A stretch of DNA of 64,000 nucleotides from Planctomycetales bacterium. GTDB taxonomy: Bacteria; Planctomycetota; Planctomycetia; Planctomycetales; Planctomycetaceae. Below, piece after piece: positions 55,177-64,000 of the stretch (position 1 is the stretch's first letter; each line of letters starts with the position of its first letter). The notes under the pieces are model-generated. The model saw only the letters and a program-made list of their open reading frames with translations. It had not been told where the DNA came from and did not search any database. The position numbers were made by a program, and so were the translations under genes. The stretch spans positions 854 to 64,853 of the forward strand of contig JBBQSE010000002.1 of NCBI GenBank assembly GCA_038214195.1. Reading direction: 5' to 3'.

Positions 55177-56196
55177 ATGGCGAATAAGCCATCAGTGATC
55201 ATCAGCGCGTTTGCGGATGAATCAGCAAATCGACGCACGGCACTTGAACAAATGACGGCGCTGGCCGCGATGGGACTGCGCAACTACAGCCCGCGATTTA
55301 TCGACGTGCAGGGTGACGGCAAGATTGAACACGTCACCGAACTGAGTCCGGAAAAGCTGAACACGCTGAAGCAGCTGCACGCCGAGTATGGCGTTTGCGT
55401 CACCAGCATCGGTGCCCGTGTCGGCAAGGTGAAGCTGCTGGACATCGATGACGGCTCGCACAATAAATTTGTGCCGTTTGACGAATACATGAAGACCGAA
55501 GTCGCGCGCACGATTGCCTGCGCAACGGCACTGGAAACCAGGCTGATTCGCGGCTTTTCGTTCTATCATCCGCGCGGCACGAAACCAACGGACCATCTGG
55601 ACAAAGCGGCAGATCAGATTCGCACGATTACTGAGGCGTGTGCAGAGGAAGGCCTGGTTTACGGCCTGGAAATTGAGCCGAACCTCGTCGGCGAAACCGG
55701 GCCGCTGCTGGCCGAACTCGCAAAACGAGTAAATCATCCGTCCATGGTCCTGATCTTCGACGCTGGCAACGTGGCGGCGCAGAACAAGAACGCCATTCAG
55801 GTCTTTGAGGAATACCGGGCCACGATTCCATGGCTCGGCTGGATGCATGTCAAGGACTATCGCATCGATCCCAGTCTTGTCTGGGAAGGCGCGGTCGATG
55901 AGGATCGTCTGAAAAACTTCGTGCCGTGTACGGACGGTGATTCCGGCCATGAAATGATCTTCCGCGACCTGCGGGAAGAATTGCCCGCCATTGAACAACG
56001 ACTGCGAAAGCTCGGGATCGAAGGATTCTATCTGGAGACGGAACCGCACCTTAAAGGCGGTGGTCAGTTCGGCGGCTTCAGCGGCCCAGACGGCATGGGC
56101 GTCGCTGTCCGCGCACTCTGCTCAGCGCTCGACTATGCCGGCATTGGTTACGCCCTGCGGACGTTTGCGGACATCAGAAATCTGCGAGGCTTCTGA
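55177..56196 (+). CDS. Sugar phosphate isomerase/epimerase (xylose isomerase-like TIM barrel)
   Basis: 'YGLEIEPNLVGETGP', 'LIFDAGNV' and 'HVKDY' motifs. Confidence 0.8.
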   Translation: MANKPSVIISAFADESANRRTALEQMTALAAMGLRNYSPRFIDVQGDGKIEHVTELSPEKLNTLKQLHAEYGVCVTSIGARVGKVKLLDIDDGSHNKFVPFDEYMKTEVARTIACATALETRLIRGFSFYHPRGTKPTDHLDKAADQIRTITEACAEEGLVYGLEIEPNLVGETGPLLAELAKRVNHPSMVLIFDAGNVAAQNKNAIQVFEEYRATIPWLGWMHVKDYRIDPSLVWEGAVDEDRLKNFVPCTDGDSGHEMIFRDLREELPAIEQRLRKLGIEGFYLETEPHLKGGGQFGGFSGPDGMGVAVRALCSALDYAGIGYALRTFADIRNLRGF

Positions 56197-56286
56197 CCAA
56201 AGCCATCGGAACACTCCATGACAGCGTCAGTGCCACGCATGTGAATCATGCAGATCAGGCGACCAGCCGTTTACGTCACCAGGATT

Positions 56287-57996
56287 TCAATCCAAATGGA
56301 TCGTGTCCACTGGTCTGAAATGCTGAAGCCAGTCCTGCTCCTGAACAAGTCCAGGATGTTTGTACTGAAAATCCCCTGTGCCGCGACGAGCAAGTTCCTG
56401 TTGAATGTAGCTGTCCCACGCTCCATCGGGCAGTCTTACTAATCGTGGCGCCTCAACAACACGTTCGTTGCGGCGAAATCGCCACAGAAAATTCAGGTTT
56501 GCCAGTTCGAGATCCAACTGCTGAAGAAAACGTTTCGCCAGCTGTTCATCCCGCACATCGGAGATAGAGATCAGAAAATCATACCAGGGCTTCTGTCGGT
56601 CCAGCCGTCTTGGCACAGCAGTCAACAGACCAAGGTTGATGCCCAGGGAACGCGCGGCGTTATGCGCGCCCTCAGTGATTTGATGCTCCGTCAGTTTTTC
56701 GCCTTCAAGGTCGCCAACCCGATCGCTCTTCTGGATGAATTCAATTTGCGGTGCCTGACCTGCGAAGCCCCGGCAGCGGACAATGTCTCCAATGTCGAAC
56801 CGAAAATATCCGGCGGAATTTGAAAAGACGAGACGATAATCCTGACCCTCGATCAATTCGTGGCCTTCGAGTACCGTCGGCTGTCGGCTGTTCACCTCGG
56901 TAAGCGGCATGAATTCATACAACCCGGCGTTGAAAGAGGGGATGCCAAAAGGATGATCGTCCAGAAACGGAATGGTGTGACGTCCTTCGCTCGAAACCAG
57001 TCCCATGTCGCGAAGTGGCGACTCACCGAAGAACTCATGAATATAGCGGGACTGAAATCCGGCGGTGCCGCCCAGCCAGCAACCAATCACTGGCTGCTTC
57101 CAGTAATCGCGAGGCAGCAAACGGCCTGTTCTGTTGCAGATGTCCTCCAGCGTCTTTGCGCCTCGACGATCGGCTGATGGCACAAATGGGCGAAGGGCCA
57201 TTCGGATGGAATCAGGGATTTCGAACGCCTCAGACAACGTTCCATTGAAGACATCGCGAATCAGATCGTCCTTGTGCTGATCACCAATCTCCGCCAGCCG
57301 AATCAACGTTCCGGGGTTCATCAGCATGATCCAGCCGATGTCATCCAGAATGCTCAGCCGCAATGCGACATAGTGGCGAACGGATGGGTCTTTGATGTCG
57401 TTCAGTGCTTCCGGAATGGCATAAAACGGTTTCATCGCCGACGACTGCATTCTGGCCAGCAACGCGCTTACCATGCTGATCTGATGCCCGCCGGGCGTGC
57501 GGCCCATGTCCCATGCGCCGGCCATTTGCAGAATCCGTGATCCGATATGCTGTGGATGATCGGCGAATAATCGCGTTCCCCAGAAATCCCAGCCCTGACG
57601 GTATTCGCGAATCCACGACGCGGTGACAGGATTCAGCTTGGGCACTCCGGTGCTGCCAGTCGTAATCGTGAACTGAATCAACTGATCCTGGTCAGGAATC
57701 AACGCCCAGCGATCGCCCGCCGCTACAGCGTTAATGTACGGAGCAAAATAGCTGTAGTCCGAGACCGGCACGCGGCGTCGAAAATCGTTAAACGATCTGA
57801 TCTCACCAAATCCGTGATCCCTGCCGAACGTCGTGGATTCACACTGTCGAACGCGATGCATAAGCCAGTCTCGCTGCACCTGCGATGCGCGGGCGAATTG
57901 TCCCTCGAATCGACCTTGCTGCGACTTGAGAGCAATTCGAACGGCACTTCGGAAAACTGAGCGGGGAACAAGTTTGGGCAGATTCAACATGAGCAT
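56287..57996 (-). CDS. GH3 (acyl-acid amido synthetase-like, ANL superfamily) family protein
   Basis: 'QRDWLMHRVRQCESTTFGRDHGF..IRSFNDFRRRVPVSDYSYFAPYI' and 'FTITTGSTGVPKLNPVT' are GH3-type. The ATG at 57996 lies 4 nt after the GNAT stop. Confidence 0.8.
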   Translation of the reverse strand: MLMLNLPKLVPRSVFRSAVRIALKSQQGRFEGQFARASQVQRDWLMHRVRQCESTTFGRDHGFGEIRSFNDFRRRVPVSDYSYFAPYINAVAAGDRWALIPDQDQLIQFTITTGSTGVPKLNPVTASWIREYRQGWDFWGTRLFADHPQHIGSRILQMAGAWDMGRTPGGHQISMVSALLARMQSSAMKPFYAIPEALNDIKDPSVRHYVALRLSILDDIGWIMLMNPGTLIRLAEIGDQHKDDLIRDVFNGTLSEAFEIPDSIRMALRPFVPSADRRGAKTLEDICNRTGRLLPRDYWKQPVIGCWLGGTAGFQSRYIHEFFGESPLRDMGLVSSEGRHTIPFLDDHPFGIPSFNAGLYEFMPLTEVNSRQPTVLEGHELIEGQDYRLVFSNSAGYFRFDIGDIVRCRGFAGQAPQIEFIQKSDRVGDLEGEKLTEHQITEGAHNAARSLGINLGLLTAVPRRLDRQKPWYDFLISISDVRDEQLAKRFLQQLDLELANLNFLWRFRRNERVVEAPRLVRLPDGAWDSYIQQELARRGTGDFQYKHPGLVQEQDWLQHFRPVDTIHLD

Positions 57997-58000
57997 AGTC

Positions 58001-59071
58001 TCAACGCCAGAGCACCTGAACCGGCGCACTGGCCGGAATTTCGACTGCGGCATCCACGGACTGGAGCACAAGTACCAATTCGGGAAGTGGAGGGACAAAA
58101 TGATTTCGAAACATAAGGGATGGACGTGTGTCCGCACAGCGAAGTTTGAGCGCCAGCACGGCCCCCTGCTCCCGCATTTGTCCAAGAGCAGCATTCATCA
58201 GGCAGAGATAGCCTTTCGACGAAGAAGTGCCACGGACAATCATATCCATCAACGCCACACATTCTTTTGTTCTCGCCTGAAACGGAAGGACATGGAAATT
58301 CACGAACCCAGCGACCGCCTGATTCTCTTCCAGCACGAGCGTCTGGCTGATGGGATGGCCGGACAACTGATGGCGGAGAGAATCGCCGTTCCATTCAATG
58401 GACAGAGCAGAGGCCGGGTAAGTCCCGCGTACCAATTCGAGGCAGGCGTCCAGATCCGAATCTGCGAAGGCGCGGACTGAGATGCCGGTCGGTTGGGCTG
58501 TGGGGATCTTTGCCAGTGGTGACGCCATTCTCGCCAGAAAGCCCTCGAATTTGCTGAGATGCCATTTCGAAAATCGAGCGGGATCCAGCACGCGAATCCA
58601 GAAGCCCATGTTTCGGTTAAACTTTGGATCTCGAACGCCCGTCTCAGGTCGCTCCGCTTTGGAATGGGACGATCCCACGAAGCGATAGCTGACGATCAGC
58701 CGTGACCCGGCCGCTTGCTCACGCCTCATCCTTTCCTGGTGCAGCATTTTTGCGATTCCGTGACCTTCATAGTCAGCGTGAACCGAAAGCCAACTCCACT
58801 GCGAACCCTGATGCACGCCGATGGGGGACCGCAGCGTGTGCCGCGTGCCGAGCAGAACGCCGACAAGTCGATCTCCATCATGGGCAGCAATCAGATTGTC
58901 TTGCGCGTCGTCGCTGTCGAGCCGGAGTTGCCACGTAAAATAATCGGGCGTCCAGCAGGGATAAGTCATCTTGCCAGCGTAGCAGTCGGACCAGATCCCG
59001 TTGATGAAAGCCGCGAGGTCCTCAACAGTTCCCTGATAAGTCGAAAGCTGCAGCATAGATGTCTCAGGCAC
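58001..59071 (-). CDS. Two-domain GNAT-family acyltransferase (tentative)
   Basis: 'WLSVHADYEGHGIAKMLHQERM' resembles the acetyl-CoA motif A (R/Q-x-x-G-x-G/A). The second half repeats a GNAT-like beta-alpha pattern. Confidence 0.65.
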   Translation of the reverse strand: MPETSMLQLSTYQGTVEDLAAFINGIWSDCYAGKMTYPCWTPDYFTWQLRLDSDDAQDNLIAAHDGDRLVGVLLGTRHTLRSPIGVHQGSQWSWLSVHADYEGHGIAKMLHQERMRREQAAGSRLIVSYRFVGSSHSKAERPETGVRDPKFNRNMGFWIRVLDPARFSKWHLSKFEGFLARMASPLAKIPTAQPTGISVRAFADSDLDACLELVRGTYPASALSIEWNGDSLRHQLSGHPISQTLVLEENQAVAGFVNFHVLPFQARTKECVALMDMIVRGTSSSKGYLCLMNAALGQMREQGAVLALKLRCADTRPSLMFRNHFVPPLPELVLVLQSVDAAVEIPASAPVQVLWR

Positions 59072-59102
59072 TTGGGTGATTCATTGCCACGACGTTTGGC
59101 GA

Positions 59103-60350
59103 TCAATTCGATGATTCTACCGGCTTCACGCAGCGGAAGCCTACATGATTGCTGGCAGTTCGTACTTCGCCCTTTCCGCGAGTTCCCACCATGTACCGGG
59201 TGCAATACAGGTCAGTACACAGGAATGATCCGCCGCGATGGACGCGTTTTTTCTCTGTGGGCTCGGCGGGATCAAATGGCGTGTCCGGTCCCGGCGGATT
59301 TCTGGCAACGCCGCCTTCAGCAGCCAGCGTGGCGTAATAGTCTTCGCGGTACCAGTCGCTCGTCCATTCCCACACATTTCCGCCGACGTCGTACAAACCA
59401 TAGCTGTTTGGTGGATACTCGGCCACCGGCGCGATGCCCACAAAACCATCTTCAGCCGTGTCACCGCCCTCAACTGGAAACTGTCCCTGATAGATGTTGG
59501 CCACAAATTTTCCGCCCGGCTGCAGTTCGTTTCCCCATGCATACAGTTGCCCCGCGATTCCGCCGCGGGCCGCGAATTCCCATTCGGCTTCCGTCGGCAA
59601 TCGTTTGCCGGCCCACTTCGCGTAGGCTTCCGCGTCTTCATAGGCAATCTGAACAACCGGATATTTCTCTTGTCCCTCGATGTTGCTGTCGGGGCCGGTC
59701 GGATGCCGCCAGTCGGCACCGGGGAGATAGGTCCACCACTGGAAATAGTTGTTGAGCGGCACGGGTTGTGGAGTCGCAGCAAACACGGTCGAACCGGCGA
59801 CCAGATTCTCCAGCGGAGCGCCGGGGAATTCTTCGGGCGTCGGCTTCAGTTCGGCAACGGACACATAGCCGGTCGCTTCCACAAACGCGGCAAACTGTTC
59901 GTTGGTAACTTCCGTTGCATCCATCCAAAACGGATCGACGTAGACGCGATGGATGGGCGCGGCATCCCGAGTCACGCCGGGCTGACTGCAAAGCGACTCA
60001 GAATCCACATTGCTGCCCATCGAAAACTCACCGCCTGGAATCCACACCATTCCTTTTGGTGCCGGCGCTGGTGCTGAAATGCCGTTTGCGGCCGTCGCAC
60101 CGAAGGCAGCGGCAAATGCCGAAGGATCCGGGGGAGTTGATTCGGCGATCCTGGGCTTTGTCTCCGGCGCTGGCTTTGTGTCCGGCTCCGGCTTGCCGGC
60201 AGCAATCGGTGAATCGTTCGGTTCCGCCAACAAAAAGAACAGCGCCGCCGCACTTCCCATGAGTACAAAAACCGCCAGGCCCCAGCGAAGCAGACTCGAA
60301 GCTGCAACTTCGGATGAACGACGGTCGTTGTTATGCTGAGGGTGACTCAT
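59103..60350 (-). CDS. Formylglycine-generating-enzyme (SUMF1/FGE-sulfatase) domain protein, membrane-anchored
   Basis: N-terminal TM plus a Pro-rich linker. 'GMVWIPGGEFSMGS', 'RLPTEAEWEFAARGG' and 'RVHRGGSFLC' motifs. Confidence 0.88.
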   Translation of the reverse strand: MSHPQHNNDRRSSEVAASSLLRWGLAVFVLMGSAAALFFLLAEPNDSPIAAGKPEPDTKPAPETKPRIAESTPPDPSAFAAAFGATAANGISAPAPAPKGMVWIPGGEFSMGSNVDSESLCSQPGVTRDAAPIHRVYVDPFWMDATEVTNEQFAAFVEATGYVSVAELKPTPEEFPGAPLENLVAGSTVFAATPQPVPLNNYFQWWTYLPGADWRHPTGPDSNIEGQEKYPVVQIAYEDAEAYAKWAGKRLPTEAEWEFAARGGIAGQLYAWGNELQPGGKFVANIYQGQFPVEGGDTAEDGFVGIAPVAEYPPNSYGLYDVGGNVWEWTSDWYREDYYATLAAEGGVARNPPGPDTPFDPAEPTEKKRVHRGGSFLCTDLYCTRYMVGTRGKGEVRTASNHVGFRCVKPVESSN

Positions 60351-60381
60351 GGAAAGATTTCGCTAAGTTTGCTCGAAGTTA

Positions 60382-60489
60382 AACCAAGTTCAGAATGAGA
60401 ACCAGAGTTTTCGGGTGGCCGGGGTTGGAGAGCGCCAGCTCGAAACCCCGGGGCTTCCTTCGCTCCGCTCAGTCCAGCCCCGGCCACCC
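60382..60489 (+). repeat. Hairpin repeat family B, copy 3
   Basis: Near-identical to 7361-7469. Confidence 0.85.
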
Positions 60490-60517
60490 TGTCACACGAT
60501 GCTGCATTGACTGAGCC

Positions 60518-61660
60518 CTACAAGCCTTCCAGCGCCTGTTTCAGGTCCGCGATTAAATCATCGACATGTTCAAGGCCGACTGAAACACGAACAGTCTTGT
60601 CGGTGATCCCGGCTCGTGCCCTCGCTTCAGCGGACATTGAGGCGTGGCTCATCGTGACGGGAAATGAAATCAGAGATTCAATCCCGCCCAGAGACACACA
60701 GACGTCGAACAGTTTGGACTTCATGCAAACACGCTCAGCGGTTTTGCGTCCGTCTTTGGTATCGAACGAAAGCATCGCGCCGAAACCTCGCTGCTGGACT
60801 TTCGCCAGAGCATGCTGTGGATGCGATTCCAGTCCGGGGTAATACACTTTTTCAATCAGAGGATGTCCGTCCAGAAAACGCGCGATTTTCATCGCATTGA
60901 CCTGTTGAGCTTCCATCCGGCATCCCAGAGTTTTGATGCCGCGAAGCACCAGCCAGGCGTCGAATGGTGAGCACGCCAACCCCATGACGTTGCAGATCCA
61001 TGCAATGCGTTCCGCGTGTTCCTTCGACTTTGAGACGACACAGCCTCCGACGACGTCGGAATGGCCGTTGATGTACTTGGTCGTCGAGTGCATTACGATA
61101 TCGACGCCAAAATCAAACGGACGCTGCAGGTAGGGCGACATAAACGTGTTGTCGCACAGCGTGATGGCATTGTGCTCTTTCGCCAGGGCTACAACAACGG
61201 CGAGATCAATCACCTTCAACAACGGATTGCTGGGCGTTTCTATCCAGACGCCTTTGGTCGCCGGAGTAAAGGCGGCAGCCAGCGCTGCGTGATCGGTCAT
61301 GTCCACGAATGTAAACGAAATCCCCTTTTCCGTCAGAAGCCTGTCAAACAGCCGAAACGAACCTCCGTAGAGGTCGGACGGTGCCACGATGTGATCGCCG
61401 GGGGAAAACAGCGTCATCGCGCAGGTCGTCGCTGACATGCCGGTCGATGTGGCAACGCAACCGGCACCGCCTTCGAGGGCCATGATGTTTTCTTCCAGAG
61501 CCGCGCGGGTGGGATTTCCCGACCGCGTGTAGTCGTAGCCGGAAGTTGATTCCAGACTATTCCAGTAGAATGTGGATGTGGGATAAATTGGCGTCGTTAC
61601 GCTGTTGTATTGCTGATCTTTGTGGACGCCGCCGTGAATACACCTGGTTTCAAATTCCAT
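60518..61660 (-). CDS. Cys/Met-metabolism PLP-dependent enzyme (cystathionine gamma-synthase/beta-lyase/gamma-lyase family)
   Basis: 'MEFETRCIHGG', and the PLP-Lys block 'HSTTKYINGHSDVVGG'. The ATG at 61660 is preferred over the extension to 61756. Confidence 0.9.
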   Translation of the reverse strand: MEFETRCIHGGVHKDQQYNSVTTPIYPTSTFYWNSLESTSGYDYTRSGNPTRAALEENIMALEGGAGCVATSTGMSATTCAMTLFSPGDHIVAPSDLYGGSFRLFDRLLTEKGISFTFVDMTDHAALAAAFTPATKGVWIETPSNPLLKVIDLAVVVALAKEHNAITLCDNTFMSPYLQRPFDFGVDIVMHSTTKYINGHSDVVGGCVVSKSKEHAERIAWICNVMGLACSPFDAWLVLRGIKTLGCRMEAQQVNAMKIARFLDGHPLIEKVYYPGLESHPQHALAKVQQRGFGAMLSFDTKDGRKTAERVCMKSKLFDVCVSLGGIESLISFPVTMSHASMSAEARARAGITDKTVRVSVGLEHVDDLIADLKQALEGL

Positions 61661-62072
61661 GAGACTCGCTTTCACCTCGCAACAAACCGGCGGACGATTC
61701 AAAAAAGCGTCGACGGCGACCAGGAACCTGATCTGACTGACTCGATTGTTCTTCAAGGTCGTTGAGATTCGCCTGACACACGCGGCACCCCACGGTTCGC
61801 AGATGAAATTCGACGTACGCCGCCGCCGCCGTGGTGAGTGTGCCCAGCAGGTAACTTCCCAGTTCCGTTCGTACGGGACAACTCAGCCGGGAACGCTGCC
61901 ATATTTCTCCAATTGTATGGCCACCCTGATCTCGCTGACGAATCAGGACCGCCATGCGCGCCCGCAAGGCGCTGTCCTTCCGCAGCTGGTTTTCGAATTC
62001 CGCCATGCGCTCGGCAGGCAGCAATTCGTCCAGCCATGCCGTCAGTTCTCGATCCGTCCAGTGCATCGCCAT
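61650..62072 (-). CDS. zf-HC2 anti-sigma-factor-like protein (no TM segment, no adjacent sigma factor)
   Basis: 'CPVRTELGSYLLGTL....YVEFHLRTVGCRVCQANL' is the putative-zinc-finger pattern of anti-sigma factors. It overlaps the downstream PLP-enzyme start by 11 nt. Confidence 0.55.
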   Translation of the reverse strand: MAMHWTDRELTAWLDELLPAERMAEFENQLRKDSALRARMAVLIRQRDQGGHTIGEIWQRSRLSCPVRTELGSYLLGTLTTAAAAYVEFHLRTVGCRVCQANLNDLEEQSSQSDQVPGRRRRFFESSAGLLRGESESHGI

Positions 62073-62309
62073 GTTTATTGTCAAATACGAAAGGCCGCAC
62101 CGCACTCGCGCTACGACAGGGGATTTCCGGTGAGATTCAGTCAACAACGGTTGCTTGCCGATCCGAAGAACGTGAGAATTCCTTCGAACCAGCCGCCTTG
62201 CTCCGATAGGATACGTCAGCTAGATTCGCAAATTCCAGTCGCAATGCAGTGGCATTTGTGATCTCAGTCATCCAGGGCCGGATTCGTTCTCGTCGAAGAC
62301 AACCTGATT

Positions 62310-63269
62310 GTGCTTTATCGCCGCTTCCATAATTCTGATCCTCCACAGCTGCACCGACTCTGGCACGTCAGCGCTTTGGGGCCGAACGCAGCAGAAGGGT
62401 TTTCCTGCGACGTTTTTGAGCTTTTCGCGTGTTCGCAGCCTTACTGGGATCCGGCCGGTCTGATCGTCGCTCAGGATGAAGAGTCTGGAAAGATTGCAGG
62501 CTTCATTCATGCGGGTTTCGCCCCTAATGCGGATCAAAGCAACCTGAATTTTGCAAAAGGCACGATCTGTGGTCTGATCGTGCATCCGGATTTTCGACGG
62601 CGAAAGATTGGGACAAATCTGGTTCGCAGAGCGGAAGAGTATCTGAAATCACGTGGCGCGCGGACGGTGGTTGCCGGTGGTGGTTTGGAACAAAACGCCT
62701 TTTACTGTGGCATCTACGGCGGACTGGATCCATCAGGATTCTGCGCCCGAGTTGCCGCGTGGCCGGAATTCTTCCAGTCCCTGGGGTATTCCACTCCATC
62801 GGAGTCGCTCATTCTGCGACGTGATCTGCTGCGAAGCAAGGATCCCGTCAACGCCAAGTTGTTGAGGCATCGTCGACATTTGAACCTGGTCATCACAGAT
62901 CGCCCGTCGCGTGAATCATGGTGGTGGTTCGTCCGGTACGGACATCTGGATTCGCTGCGTTTTGAATTGCATGAGAAGACGACTCAGGATGTCGTGGCAT
63001 CGGGCCAGATCATCGGTATGGACCTGTTTATTCCCAAATGGGGTGTTCGCAGCATCGGAATTCGGGAAATCTTCGTGCCTGAATCTCAGCGGCGACACGG
63101 TTATGCTCAGGCCCTGCTGTTGGAAATCTGCCGCCGTCTTAAGGGTGAATCCGTCGAACTTGTTGAGGCTCATGTGCTGCCGGACGATCAGCCGGTGCTG
63201 GATTTGTTCAAGTCGGCGCGGTTTGACATTTCCGAGCACCTACTGACATTTGCCCGATCTCTGGAATAA
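62310..63269 (+). CDS. GNAT family N-acetyltransferase (two GNAT-like halves)
   Basis: 'LIVHPDFRRRKIGTNLVRRAEEYL' (motif A) and, in the second half, 'FVPESQRRHGYAQALLLEI'. Confidence 0.75.
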   Translation: MLYRRFHNSDPPQLHRLWHVSALGPNAAEGFSCDVFELFACSQPYWDPAGLIVAQDEESGKIAGFIHAGFAPNADQSNLNFAKGTICGLIVHPDFRRRKIGTNLVRRAEEYLKSRGARTVVAGGGLEQNAFYCGIYGGLDPSGFCARVAAWPEFFQSLGYSTPSESLILRRDLLRSKDPVNAKLLRHRRHLNLVITDRPSRESWWWFVRYGHLDSLRFELHEKTTQDVVASGQIIGMDLFIPKWGVRSIGIREIFVPESQRRHGYAQALLLEICRRLKGESVELVEAHVLPDDQPVLDLFKSARFDISEHLLTFARSLE

Positions 63270-63292
63270 TTCACGCTGGGTTTTCAAATTGA

Positions 63293-64000
63293 TGGCCTCA
63301 CTGCTGGAAGTAGACAATCTTGTTAAAAAATACGGCGACCTCACGGCGGTAGATGGGCTGAGTTTTATCGTGCAGCCGGGGGAAGCATTCGGACTACTTG
63401 GCCCGAACGGTGCCGGCAAATCAACCACCATGATGATGGTTTGCGGTCTGCTGGCTGCGGATTCCGGAGAGGTCCGACTTGAAGGACGGCGACTCGATCG
63501 GACGCGACCTGAAAGTCGCCAGCGGATGGGAGTCGTGCCACAGGACCTTGCCCTGTATCCGGATCTGACAGCGCGTGAAAACCTGATGTTTTTTGGAAGC
63601 CTGTATCATCTTTCGGGGACGCGTCTCCGAGGCAAGGTCGAAATGGTTCTGGAGCAGGTCGGGTTAACCGGTCGGGCTGACGACCTGATGGACACGTTTT
63701 CCGGCGGCATGAAGCGCCGACTGAATTTCGCCGCCGCCATTATGCATGATCCTGTACTGCTGATTTTGGATGAACCAACTGTCGGCGTCGATCCGCAAAG
63801 CCGCGCCCATCTGATTGCCTGCATTCGCCGGTTGCAGCAAGGCGGCACAGCGATCATTTATGCCAGTCATTACATGGAAGAAGTGCAGCTTGTTTGCTCG
63901 CGGGCGGCGATTGTGGACCATGGACGACTGCTGGCGTGTGATTCGATTCCTCAGCTGCTCAGGCAGATTCCGTTTGAAGTCGAATTGAAACTGGGACAGG
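63293..64000 (+). CDS. ABC transporter ATP-binding protein (ABC-2/DrrA-like), 3' end outside the window
   Basis: My own translation gives MASLLEVDNLVKKYGDLTAVDGLSF, 'GLLGPNGAGKST' (Walker A), 'SGGMKRRL' (signature) and 'LLILDEPT' (Walker B). The frame is open to the window edge. Confidence 0.88.

Noticed and set aside
58715-59755. 346-aa ORF on the plus strand across the GNAT/FGE genes
   Set aside because: It is antisense to two genes with clear family motifs. The translation is extremely Arg/Pro/Ser-rich and low-complexity.
1-64000. Whole-window check for a defence island, prophage, integrative element, tRNA/rRNA genes or a CRISPR array
   Set aside because: By eye I found no integrase/recombinase, phage structural genes, restriction-modification genes, nuclease-helicase sets, cas genes, TA-like small gene pairs, or cloverleaf-capable tRNA-like sequences in the intergenic regions. 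The only mobile-DNA signals are the decayed intron, the decayed IS and the non-autonomous repeats. A tRNAscan/Infernal/PADLOC/DefenseFinder run would be the decisive confirmation.

Overview
This 64-kb chromosomal segment has gene content typical of Planctomycetota. Markers are a PSCyt/DUF1549/DUF1553 + DUF1501 gene pair, a 1119-aa PVC-type heme-binding/HEAT protein, Hanks-type Ser/Thr kinases, twin-arginine signal peptides and FloA. I call about 50 protein-coding genes on both strands. Most are ordinary metabolic or envelope functions: hisC, hisB, gatC, an AbgT transporter, an Fe-dependent alcohol dehydrogenase, an MPG glycosylase, a trans-sulfuration enzyme, VIT, MscS and an ABC ATPase. I saw no rRNA, tRNA or CRISPR array by eye.

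The non-coding DNA is unusually structured:
- Three well-supported families of palindromic REP/MITE-like repeats (A, B, C), three copies each.
- Several further long palindromes.
- A decayed group II intron, with a frameshifted RT/maturase lacking the YADD block, sitting directly behind one family-C hairpin.
- A decayed IS1182/IS5-like transposase next to roughly 1.2 kb (42396-43596) of gene-free repeat debris.

I do not see a self-contained, clearly novel system: there is no integrase, flanking tRNA, restriction or nuclease/helicase gene set, or toxin-antitoxin-like pair. The best candidates for follow-up are:
1. A HAMP-PP2C phosphatase / degenerate ORC-Cdc6-like AAA+ with a winged helix / MscS channel gene string.
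2. An FGE-like / tandem-GNAT / GH3 operon.
3. An alpha/beta-hydrolase + SDR + Baeyer-Villiger monooxygenase + carbamoyltransferase cluster.
4. A thioredoxin-trypsin-like protease fusion.
5. A Zn-knuckle protein translationally coupled to floA.

All functional calls come from reading motifs in the supplied translations. No database searches were run.
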